From assembly GCA_938003985.1 (NCBI GenBank), contig CALKWZ010000014.1, forward strand, positions 1 to 25,271: a DNA stretch of 25,271 bases, read 5' to 3'. The DNA comes from an uncultured Verrucomicrobiota bacterium (lineage in GTDB: Bacteria > Verrucomicrobiota > Kiritimatiellia > CAIQIC01 > Lenti-01). Shown here in pieces: positions 1 to 7,355 of this stretch. Position numbers and translations under genes: made by a program. The number at the start of each line of letters is the position of its first letter. The stretch's first letter is position 1. A model generated the notes under the pieces. That model made no database searches. It worked only from the letters and a program-made list of their open reading frames with translations, and was not told where the DNA came from.

Positions 1-71
1 GATTCGGCGGGCGCGGCGGTCCGCGCGGCGGCGGCCGGGGCGGCAACCGCGGCGGCCCGCGCCGGCGCTGA
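1..71 (+). CDS. 3' end of an upstream CDS with an Arg/Gly-rich (RGG-type) C-terminal tail. Partial; product not assignable (such tails occur on DEAD-box helicases and small RNA-binding proteins).
   Basis: Frame 3 reads FGGRGGPRGGGRGGNRGGPRRR followed by TGA at 69-71. Third codon positions are nearly all G/C, as in the other coding regions. Only about 22 codons are visible. Confidence 0.3.
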   Translation, partial: FGGRGGPRGGGRGGNRGGPRRR

Positions 72-90
72 ACCGCGCCGAAAAAATCCC

Positions 91-119
91 TTGCGCCGCC
101 GCCCGTCTGCTGGTAGGTT
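91..119 (+). promoter_or_regulatory. Putative sigma70-type promoter for the tRNA-Ala/tRNA-Tyr pair
   Basis: TTGCGC (91-96), a 17 nt spacer, then TAGGTT (114-119), about 35 nt upstream of the tRNA-Ala 5' end. Pattern match by eye only. Confidence 0.3.
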
Positions 120-153
120 GCGCGCTCGTTGATTGCCTAGGACACGTGCCGCT

Positions 154-229
154 TGGGGCAGTAGCTCAGTTGGTAGAGCATTACGTTCGCAACGTAGGGG
201 TCGAGGGTTCGAATCCCTTCTGCTCCACC
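154..229 (+). tRNA. tRNA-Ala (anticodon CGC)
   Basis: 76 nt cloverleaf. The acceptor stem GGGGCAG/CTGCTCC includes the G3:U70 pair diagnostic of tRNA-Ala. D arm is TAGCTCAGTTGGTAGAGCA. Anticodon stem TTACG/CGTAG carries loop TTCGCAA, giving anticodon CGC. T arm is GAGGGTTCGAATCCCTT, with an encoded CCA end. Confidence 0.95.
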
Positions 230-255
230 AAGCTATGCACGTGGCCTGAAGCCCC

Positions 256-340
256 CGGTGGGGTAGCGAAGTGGCCAACCGCAGCAGACTGTAAATCTGC
301 CCTCTATGAGTTCGATGGTTCGAATCCATCCCCCACCACC
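256..340 (+). tRNA. tRNA-Tyr (anticodon GUA), type II with a long variable arm
   Basis: 85 nt. Acceptor stem is GGTGGGG/CCCCACC. Anticodon stem GCAGA/TCTGC carries loop CTGTAAA, giving anticodon GTA. It has a long variable arm, T arm GATGGTTCGAATCCATC, discriminator A and an encoded CCA. Confidence 0.95.
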
Positions 341-450
341 ATTTTCATGAATGGGTTGGCCGATCAACGCGAAATCGTCTCGTCGTACCCCGAAGCGCTT
401 GCGCGCGAAGCATTCTTGAAATCGGGGCCGGGGCGGCAATGGCTTGTTCG

Positions 451-590
451 GCAGACTGTCTCGCCGTAGGCGAGCCCGCCACCGGCGGGAAATCTGACCT
501 CTATGAGTTCGATGGTTCCCCGTCCCGCGCAGTGGCGCGGGACGAGGCCTCGCCCCGGAAACGGGGCGGGGAATCCATCCCCCACCACCA
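451..590 (+). pseudogene. tRNA-Tyr-derived partial copy (anticodon arm to CCA end, no 5' half) interrupted by two hairpin-pair insertions
   Basis: Segments 451-459, 490-518 and 571-590 together reproduce tRNA-Tyr 283-340 with one substitution (c299 vs a497). A 30 nt insert (460-489) sits inside the anticodon, and a 52 nt insert (519-570) sits inside the T loop. No GGTGGGG acceptor 5' strand occurs between 341 and 450. Confidence 0.7.
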
Positions 591-733
591 TCCTGCGCTC
601 AGCGCTGCGTTTGATGACCGCCTAGCCTCCGTTTCTTTCCCGCAAGAACTCGCCTCTCGTTGGCAGTCCGAACTTGCACGCCCCCCTTGGGTTGCGGCAT
701 GATATACAAATATTGCGGCGAACGGAGCGAAGG

Positions 734-1465
734 ATGGCGGAAACAACGAAAACGGCGCTGGTGATCGGGGGGAGCCGCGGCATTGGCCGGGCCATCGTGG
801 AACGCTTGGCCGCTTCGGGTTTCGACGTCTGGCTGACGTACCGGGGCAACCACGCCGCGGCGAACGAAGCGAAAGCCGTCGTGGAGGCCGCGGGCCGCAC
901 CTGCCGTCTGCTGGCGTTCGACGTGGCCGACCGCGCGGCGACGCGCGCGGCGCTGGAGCCGCTGTTGCAGGAACGCTGCCCGGACGCGCTGGTCTACAAT
1001 TCGGGCATCGCGCGCGACAACCTGCTGGCGTTCATGCAGGACGCGGAATGGGACGACGTCCTGCGCACGAACCTGGACGGGTTCTTCAACGTGTCGAAGC
1101 CCGTCGTATTCGAGATGATCCGCAACAAACGCGGGCGCATCGTGGTGATTTCGTCCATTTCGGGCCAGATGGGACAGGCCGGGCAGATGAACTACGCGGC
1201 GTCCAAGGCGGGCCTGATCGGCGCGGCGCGGTCGCTGGCGCGGGAAATCGGCCGCAAGAACGTCTTCGTGAACGTGGTCTCTCCGGGGGTCATCGAAACG
1301 GAAATGACGGCGGATCTGCCGAAGGAACACGTGCTGCCGCTGATCCCCCTGAACCGCTACGGCACGGCGGCGGAAGTCGCGGCCGTGGTGGATTTCCTCT
1401 GTTCCGAGCCGCACATGTACGTTCACGGCCAGGTCATCGGGGTGAACGGCGGCATGGCCATATGA
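734..1465 (+). CDS. fabG: SDR-family 3-oxoacyl-ACP reductase (FabG-like; ketoreductase of the cluster, ApeQ-like role)
   Basis: ATG at 734 is preceded by GGAGCGAAGG. Motifs seen: TALVIGGSRGIG (NAD(P)-binding Gly motif), NSG, SSISG, and the YAASK catalytic YxxxK. The longer 674 start adds a non-conserved leader. 243 aa. Confidence 0.85.
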   Translation: MAETTKTALVIGGSRGIGRAIVERLAASGFDVWLTYRGNHAAANEAKAVVEAAGRTCRLLAFDVADRAATRAALEPLLQERCPDALVYNSGIARDNLLAFMQDAEWDDVLRTNLDGFFNVSKPVVFEMIRNKRGRIVVISSISGQMGQAGQMNYAASKAGLIGAARSLAREIGRKNVFVNVVSPGVIETEMTADLPKEHVLPLIPLNRYGTAAEVAAVVDFLCSEPHMYVHGQVIGVNGGMAI

Positions 1466-2967
1466 GTTCTCCCCGCCGAGAGCGCTACGACGACGTCGTG
1501 GTCGGCGCCGGCACGGCGGGCTTGGCTTCCGCCTTGCTCTTGGCGCGGTTCGGCCGGTCGGTGCTGCTGCTCGACCGCGCGCCCGCGCCCGGCGGCGCCT
1601 TGCGGCGGTTCCGGCGCGGCGGGGCCGCGTTCGACACGGGCTTCCACTTCACCGGCAGCATCCAGCCGGGGGAACTGTTCGACCATTTGCTGACCGTGCT
1701 CGGCATCCGCAGCGAACTGGACCTCGTGCCGTTCGATTCGGAGGCCGGCCATCGGTTCCGGTTCGCGGAGGCGGACGTGGAAATGGAACTGCCCTTCGGC
1801 CTCGACCGCTGCCGCGACCGCTGGCAGGCGCAGTTCCCGCAGGAACGGGAGGCGCTGAACTGGTATTTCGATGCGCTGCGGTCGATCGCGCAACGCACAA
1901 TGGGCATGGAAGTCGGTCGGCCGCTGACCGCGTTCGGGATGCTCGACGAGGATTTCGTTTCCCTGCGGTCGGTGCTGGATGCGCGCTTCCGCGACCCGGT
2001 GCTGAAAGGGGCGATCGGCGCGTTCGCGATGTGCTACGGATCGCCGCCGGCCAGCGTGTCGTTCGCGGCCCACGCGCGGGTGGCGTTCGGCTTCCACCAG
2101 TCGGGCGGCACGCTCGCGGGCGGCGGGGACGCGCTGGCGGATGCGCTGGCGCGCGCGGCCGAACGGGCCGGGGTGGAAATCTGCTGTTCGTGCGGATTGG
2201 AATCCTTTGCGCCGGGCGCGGACCGGCAGGCCGGCGCCGCGACGTTGTCGAACGGCGCGGAGGTCGCCTTCGAGCGCTGCCTGCTGACCATCGATCCCTT
2301 TGCGATCCTGGATCTGCTGGAGCCGCTGGGCCTCACGCCGGCGTTCCGCGAACGGGTGCAGGCGTTCACGCCTTCGGTCGGATTTTTCGCCGCCTACGGC
2401 ATCGTGGACGGCCCGGAGCCGGCCGGATTCGGCCGCTCGGCCCACTCGGAATTCGCCGGCACGGATTTCGATGCGATGATGGATCCGGCGTATCCGGGCG
2501 ACCGGCCGCTGGTCCTGATCGAAGTGCCCGGCGATCCGGCCACGGGCACGCCGCCGTCCGTCTCGGCGCTGGAACTGTCGTTCGCGCAGGACGTGGCGGC
2601 CTGGGCGGGCACGCGCCGCGGCCGCCGGCCGCCCGAGTACCGGGCCTACAAGCAGACCCGCGCGGCGGCGATCGCGCGGCGGCTGGCCGGCCGCGCGTCC
2701 TATGCGGACCGGATCCGCTGGGTGGACACGGCCTCGATGCTGACGTTCCGGGATTATCAGCATTCCCGCAGCGGCAGCGCCTATGGCATCATGCTGAAAA
2801 CCGGCCAGTACGGCCTGTTCGGCCGCCTGCCGGTCCGGAATTGCTATGCGGCGGGCCAAAGCGCTTTGTTGCCGGGCGTGCTGGGCGCGATGATGTCCGG
2901 GCTGTTCGTGGTACGGCAGATGGTCGGCAAGGAAATCTTCGACGCAGCGACGGCAGGAGCGCGGTAG
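1462..2967 (+). CDS. NAD(P)/FAD-dependent oxidoreductase of the phytoene-desaturase (CrtI)/amine-oxidase-like type
   Basis: Start is an ATGA overlap with the fabG stop. The N-terminus DVVVGAGTAGLASALLLARFGRSVLLLDRAPAPGG has a GxGxxG dinucleotide fold followed by an acidic residue and GG. Length of about 501 aa is typical of CrtI-like enzymes. Family assigned by motif and length only. Confidence 0.7.
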   Translation: MSSPRRERYDDVVVGAGTAGLASALLLARFGRSVLLLDRAPAPGGALRRFRRGGAAFDTGFHFTGSIQPGELFDHLLTVLGIRSELDLVPFDSEAGHRFRFAEADVEMELPFGLDRCRDRWQAQFPQEREALNWYFDALRSIAQRTMGMEVGRPLTAFGMLDEDFVSLRSVLDARFRDPVLKGAIGAFAMCYGSPPASVSFAAHARVAFGFHQSGGTLAGGGDALADALARAAERAGVEICCSCGLESFAPGADRQAGAATLSNGAEVAFERCLLTIDPFAILDLLEPLGLTPAFRERVQAFTPSVGFFAAYGIVDGPEPAGFGRSAHSEFAGTDFDAMMDPAYPGDRPLVLIEVPGDPATGTPPSVSALELSFAQDVAAWAGTRRGRRPPEYRAYKQTRAAAIARRLAGRASYADRIRWVDTASMLTFRDYQHSRSGSAYGIMLKTGQYGLFGRLPVRNCYAAGQSALLPGVLGAMMSGLFVVRQMVGKEIFDAATAGAR

Positions 2968-2972
2968 GGCAC

Positions 2973-4211
2973 ATGAAACGGGTGGTCATCACGGGCATGG
3001 GGGCGGTTTCGCCGGTGGGCGGCACGGCGGCGGAACAAGCCGACGCGCTGGACGCCGGGCGGCACGGATTGCGCGCGATGCCGGAGTGGGCGGCCTACAA
3101 GGGGCTGCGCAGCTTGGTGGCGGCGCCGGCGGAGCTGAAGAACGAAAAGGCCATTCCCCGGCAAAACCGCCGCTCGATGAGCCGCATGAGCATCTTCGCC
3201 GCGCAAGCCGCCCAGGAAGCGCTGCGCGACGCCGGCTTGGCGCCCGAGGGGCTGGGCGACGGCCGTACCGGTTGCGTGGCGGGTTCGACGACGGGCAGCG
3301 CCATCGCGCTGGCCCAGGTCTACGAGACGATGTTGCCGGAAAAGGATTTCTCGATCCTGCAATCCATGCAGTTTTTCCAATGCCTGTCGCACACCGTAGC
3401 GATGAACCTCGCGCAATTTCTGGGATTGCGCGGCGTGCTGCTCGCCACGAACGCGGCCTGCGCTTCGAGCCTGCAGGCCATCGGCGCGGCGTTCGATCTG
3501 GTGCGGTCGGGCCGGCAGGACGCCGTGTTCTGCGGCGGGGCCGAAGAAGTCCATGCCACGGTCACGGGCTCGTTCGACATGCTCATGGCAGCGTCCACGC
3601 GCTACAACGACCGGCCCGAAGCGGCGTCGCGCCCCTTCGACGCCGCGCGCGACGGCCTCGTCTGCGGCGAGGGCGCCGGCATCCTCGTGGTGGAGGAACT
3701 GGAGCGGGCCTTGGCCCGCGGCGCGCGGATCCGCGCGGAAATCCTCGGATTCCACACGTGCAGCGGGGGCTCCCACATCAGCGAATCGAACCGCGACGGC
3801 ATCGCCGCCTGCATGCGCGCGGCGCTGGCGGACGCGCGGTTGGAGCCCGCCGCGATCGAATACGTCGGCGCCCACGCCACGGCAACCCTGCAGGGCGACG
3901 GCGAAGAGGCCGCCGCCATCCGCGCGACTTTCGGTGGCCAGGTGCCCGTCAGCAGCCTGAAGGGGAATCTGGGCCACACGCTGGGCGCATCCGGCGCCAT
4001 CGAACTGGCCGCGATCCTCGCCGGGCTCGAACGCGGCCACCTGTATCCCACGCGGAACCTGGAAACGGTGGCGGCCGAATGCGCCGGCATCCGCCACGTG
4101 ACGGCATTGGAGCCGACTTCCGCCCGCACGTTCCTGAAAAACAGTTTTGCGTTCGGCGGCATCCACGCGTCGCTCGTGTGCCGCCGCTGGACCGAGGGAG
4201 ACCCCGCATGA
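2973..4211 (+). CDS. Beta-ketoacyl-ACP synthase (FabF/FabB-like KS, Cys-His-His)
   Basis: MKRVVITGMGAVSPVG N-terminus. Active-site Cys in ATNAACASS, His in GAHATAT, His in GNLGHTLGASG, and C-terminal SFAFGGIHASL. 412 aa. Confidence 0.9.
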   Translation: MKRVVITGMGAVSPVGGTAAEQADALDAGRHGLRAMPEWAAYKGLRSLVAAPAELKNEKAIPRQNRRSMSRMSIFAAQAAQEALRDAGLAPEGLGDGRTGCVAGSTTGSAIALAQVYETMLPEKDFSILQSMQFFQCLSHTVAMNLAQFLGLRGVLLATNAACASSLQAIGAAFDLVRSGRQDAVFCGGAEEVHATVTGSFDMLMAASTRYNDRPEAASRPFDAARDGLVCGEGAGILVVEELERALARGARIRAEILGFHTCSGGSHISESNRDGIAACMRAALADARLEPAAIEYVGAHATATLQGDGEEAAAIRATFGGQVPVSSLKGNLGHTLGASGAIELAAILAGLERGHLYPTRNLETVAAECAGIRHVTALEPTSARTFLKNSFAFGGIHASLVCRRWTEGDPA

Positions 4212-4465
4212 CCCGAGAAGAAATCATCGCCAAAACCAACGCCGTGTTCGCCGAATCCTTCGAGATCGAGCCCGAGCGCCTGAAACCCGAAGCCAACGTC
4301 TTCCTCGATCTGGGGCTCGACAGCCTCGACACGGTGGATCTGGTGGTGGCGATCCAGAAGAAGTTCGGCGTGCAGATCCGCGACGACGAGCGCGTCCGGT
4401 CCATCCGCACGCTGGGCGACGTCTACGACTTCATCGCGACCATCCAGCAAGAAAAGCAGGGATGA
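4208..4465 (+). CDS. Acyl carrier protein (ACP-1)
   Basis: 85 aa, acidic. The LGLDSLDTVDLV motif contains the phosphopantetheine-attachment Ser. ATGA overlap with the upstream KS. Confidence 0.9.
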   Translation: MTREEIIAKTNAVFAESFEIEPERLKPEANVFLDLGLDSLDTVDLVVAIQKKFGVQIRDDERVRSIRTLGDVYDFIATIQQEKQG

Positions 4466-5211
4466 GGCGGGCTTGGGGCATCTGCTATTCGCTGGCGTTC
4501 TACCCTCTGCTGGCGGTCTACACCGTGTCGGCGGTGGCGGGGATGACGTTGTGGATGCTCCTCGGCGCGCCGTTCCATTCGCACCGGGGCAACATGCGCC
4601 GCTTTCGCCGCGCGATCATCTGGTACGGCGCAGGGGTCGTCCGGATCGTGGCGCGGCCCGTGCTGAAAACCGTCTACGAATCGCCGCCGCGGGACGTGCG
4701 GATCCCCAAGTTTTTCGTCGCCAACCACGTTTCCTCGCTGGATGCCTTCCTGCTGGCCCTGGTGCCCGAGGAGGGCGTGGAGGTCGTGAAGGCCTGGCCG
4801 TTCCGGTTGCCGATTCTCGGCGTTTTCGCGCGTCTGGCGGGTTTCTTGAACGTCGAGCGGATGGAGCCGGACGAATTCCGGGCGGCCGTGGAGGACCTGC
4901 TGGGCGAGGGCTATTCGATCGTGGTGTTTCCCGAAGGCACCCGCTCCGGCAGCCGGCAAGTGGGACCGTTCCACGGGGCGATGTTCCGCCTGGCGCTCGA
5001 GCTGCGCGTGCCCCTGGTGCCGGTGTGCATCGTCGGCAACGAGCGGACGCCGGCCAAGGGCTCCTGGATCCTGGAACCGGCGACCGTGCGGATGCGCTGC
5101 TTGCCGGAAATGGCGTGGAACGAGTTTAGCCACATGACGCCCTATCAGTTGAAAAACCACGTGCGCCGGCTGATCCAGGACGAAGTGGACCGCATGGGAG
5201 CGACCGCATGA
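4462..5211 (+). CDS. PlsC/LPLAT-family (lysophospholipid/1-acylglycerol-3-phosphate type) acyltransferase with an N-terminal membrane segment
   Basis: HX4D motif in NHVSSLD and an FPEGTRS motif. Hydrophobic N-terminus WGICYSLAFYPLLAVYTVSAVAGMTLWMLL. ATGA overlap with the ACP stop. Confidence 0.8.
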   Translation: MRRAWGICYSLAFYPLLAVYTVSAVAGMTLWMLLGAPFHSHRGNMRRFRRAIIWYGAGVVRIVARPVLKTVYESPPRDVRIPKFFVANHVSSLDAFLLALVPEEGVEVVKAWPFRLPILGVFARLAGFLNVERMEPDEFRAAVEDLLGEGYSIVVFPEGTRSGSRQVGPFHGAMFRLALELRVPLVPVCIVGNERTPAKGSWILEPATVRMRCLPEMAWNEFSHMTPYQLKNHVRRLIQDEVDRMGATA

Positions 5212-6518
5212 AGCCGTTGCCGCAAGACTTCGATCTGGCTTTCCGTTCCGCCGACGAAATCCAAGCCGTGCAGGAGCGGCGGTTGGCCGCGCATCTGCGG
5301 CAGTGCCGTCGCGCGCCGTTCTATCGAAAGACGCTGGCCGGCGTGGCAAAGCCTGCGCTGCGCCGCTTCCCGCTGGAAGCGCTGCGCGACTTGCCGCTGA
5401 CGACCAAAGCCGATCTGGAAGCGCGCAACGACGATTTCCTCGCCGTGCCGCCGGAGACGGTGCGCGACATCGTGCAGTCGTCCGGCACGACGGGCCGTCC
5501 TACGCGGGTGATGTACACGGCGCGGGATCTCGAGCGGCTGGCCTACAACGAGGCGGTCTGTTTCCGGGGCTGCGGCATGGGGCCGGGGGATCGCGTGCTG
5601 CTGACCTGCACGCTGGACCGCTGTTTCGTGGCCGGCTACGCCTACCACCTCGGCGCGCAGGCGGTCGGCGCATGCACGATCCGCAGCGGGCTCAATCTGG
5701 CGGAAGGCCACGCCGCGGTCATCGCGCTGCAAAGCCCGACGTTCGTCGTGGGCGTTCCGGGGTTCCTGCGCAAGCTCGGCAAGCACCTGCACGACCTGGG
5801 CCGGCCGCCGCAGGGCATCCGCGGACTGATCTGCATCGGCGAACCCCTGCGCGACGCGGAATTGCGTCCGACGGCGCTTTCGCAGGATCTGGAGCGCCTG
5901 TGGGGCGCACCGGCGTACTCGACCTATTCCTCGTCCGAAATCGTGACGTCGTTCTGCGAATGCGCCGCGCGGTGCGGCGGCCACGCCGCGCCCGATCTGG
6001 GCATCGTGGAAATCGTGGATGCGGACGGGAACGTCCTGCCGCCGGGGCAGGCGGGCGAGGTGGTCGTGACGCCGCTGGGCGTCGAGGGCATGCCGCTCGT
6101 CCGGTTCCGCACGGGCGACATCGGTTACTTGGCGGCCGAACCGTGCGCGTGCGGCCGGCAGACGCCGCGGCTGAGCCCGATCCTGGGCCGCCGCGCGCAG
6201 ATGCTGAAGATCCGCGGCACCACGTTCTACCCGGCCACCGCGTTCGAGGTGCTCAACGACGTGCCCGAAATCGGCGAATACTATCTCCAGGTCGAAACGA
6301 CGGGCGGGGAGGACCAGGCCAGCGTCCATCTGAGCCTCAGTCCCGACCGGCCCGAGACGCGCCGCAAGATCGAAGACCGGTTGCTGGCGCGCCTGCGCGT
6401 GCGGGTCCAGCTCTGCGTGGAGCCGGAAGACGACGTGCGCCGGCAGGTCTACGTGGCCCATTCGCGCAAACCCATCCGGTTCATCGACCGGCGCGGAACA
6501 ACGGCAGCCAAGGCTTGA
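5208..6518 (+). CDS. Adenylate-forming ligase of the phenylacetate-CoA ligase (PaaK)/coenzyme F390 synthetase-like type; probable starter- or acyl-activating enzyme
   Basis: SSGTTGRPTRV (P-loop-like AMP motif), YSSSE, and VRFRTGDIG (adenylation core motif). 436 aa. ATGA overlap with the upstream gene. Confidence 0.75.
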   Translation: MKPLPQDFDLAFRSADEIQAVQERRLAAHLRQCRRAPFYRKTLAGVAKPALRRFPLEALRDLPLTTKADLEARNDDFLAVPPETVRDIVQSSGTTGRPTRVMYTARDLERLAYNEAVCFRGCGMGPGDRVLLTCTLDRCFVAGYAYHLGAQAVGACTIRSGLNLAEGHAAVIALQSPTFVVGVPGFLRKLGKHLHDLGRPPQGIRGLICIGEPLRDAELRPTALSQDLERLWGAPAYSTYSSSEIVTSFCECAARCGGHAAPDLGIVEIVDADGNVLPPGQAGEVVVTPLGVEGMPLVRFRTGDIGYLAAEPCACGRQTPRLSPILGRRAQMLKIRGTTFYPATAFEVLNDVPEIGEYYLQVETTGGEDQASVHLSLSPDRPETRRKIEDRLLARLRVRVQLCVEPEDDVRRQVYVAHSRKPIRFIDRRGTTAAKA

Positions 6519-6520
6519 TC

Positions 6521-6877
6521 ATGGAAATCCTTGCCATCCATACCAATGAAGCCCGCGTGCGCTTTCCGGCGAACGCACCGTACTTCGCGGGGCATTTCCC
6601 CGGCCAACCCATCGTGCCGGGGGTCGTGCTGATCGACGCGGCGGTCCAGATCGCGGCGCAGGCGACCGCCCGCCCGTTGCGCCTCCTCCGGCTGGCCCAT
6701 GCCAAGTTCGTCCAGGCGGTCGGACCGGATCAGGAAGCCCTTTGGCGTTTCCAGATTGCGCCGGACCCGGACCGTTCGGAATGGCTCAAGGTTTCCGGCA
6801 AGTGGAGCCAAGGCGAGACCCGGATCGCCGAAATGCAATTCACCGCGGCAGACGAAGGAGATCGCGATGGCCCGTAG
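6521..6877 (+). CDS. FabZ/FabA-like hotdog 3-hydroxyacyl-ACP dehydratase (ApeI-like)
   Basis: 118 aa. FAGHFPGQPIVPGVVLIDA matches the HFPxxPxxPG catalytic-His motif of FabZ-type dehydratases. Confidence 0.75.
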   Translation: MEILAIHTNEARVRFPANAPYFAGHFPGQPIVPGVVLIDAAVQIAAQATARPLRLLRLAHAKFVQAVGPDQEALWRFQIAPDPDRSEWLKVSGKWSQGETRIAEMQFTAADEGDRDGP

Positions 6878-7355
6878 GCGCGAACAAGCCATGTCGTTCC
6901 CGGACGAACCGGCCTATCCGCCGATCCAGGCGGCGGTGCAGCACCGGGTCGGGTTTTCGGAAGTCGATCCGATGCGGATCGTCTGGTTCGGACGCTACGC
7001 GACGTTTTTCGAGCAGGCCTCGGCGGCGCTGCGCGACCGGTGCGGACTGTCGCACGAAGATTTCTTCCGCGCGGGCATCCAGCCGCCCATCGTGCGCTAC
7101 GAGGTCGAATATCTGCGGCCGTCGCGCCTGGACGAGCAGTTGAAGATCGTGGCGCGCCTGCACGGGACCGAAGCGGCGCGGCTGAACACCAGCTATCAGG
7201 TCTTCGGTCCGGACGGGGCGCTGCGCGTGGCGGCGCGCACGGTGCAGGTGTTCACGGAAATCCACACGGGCATCGTCTGTTTCGTGCCGCCGAAAATCTG
7301 GCTCGATTGCCTGGAGCGCTGGCGGAAAGGGGAATTCGCGTGCCTGCAGGCGTAG
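6867..7355 (+). CDS. 4HBT/YbgC-like hotdog acyl-CoA/acyl-ACP thioesterase (ApeK-like)
   Basis: GAAGGAG RBS at 6854-6860. VGFSEVDPMRIVWFGRY matches the YbgC-type catalytic Asp region. About 162 aa. Overlaps the dehydratase gene by 11 nt. An alternative ATG lies at 6891. Confidence 0.7.
   Translation: MARRREQAMSFPDEPAYPPIQAAVQHRVGFSEVDPMRIVWFGRYATFFEQASAALRDRCGLSHEDFFRAGIQPPIVRYEVEYLRPSRLDEQLKIVARLHGTEAARLNTSYQVFGPDGALRVAARTVQVFTEIHTGIVCFVPPKIWLDCLERWRKGEFACLQA

Noticed and set aside
146-702. Small ORFs over the tRNA region (146-469 +, 233-439 -, 364-591 -, 439-702 +)
   Set aside because: They read straight through two canonical tRNA genes and the tRNA-derived repeat. The repeated peptide LYEFDGS is simply the translated tRNA-Tyr variable and T arm. 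There is no coding evidence.
591-733. Possible cobalamin riboswitch or other leader upstream of the cluster, given three B12-dependent enzymes
   Set aside because: I could not find a B12-box-like element or the multi-stem architecture in the 591-733 leader or in the internal gaps. There is only a short AT-rich patch (GATATACAAATATT, 701-714) with no convincing -35/-10 pair. An Rfam scan would be needed to exclude it properly.
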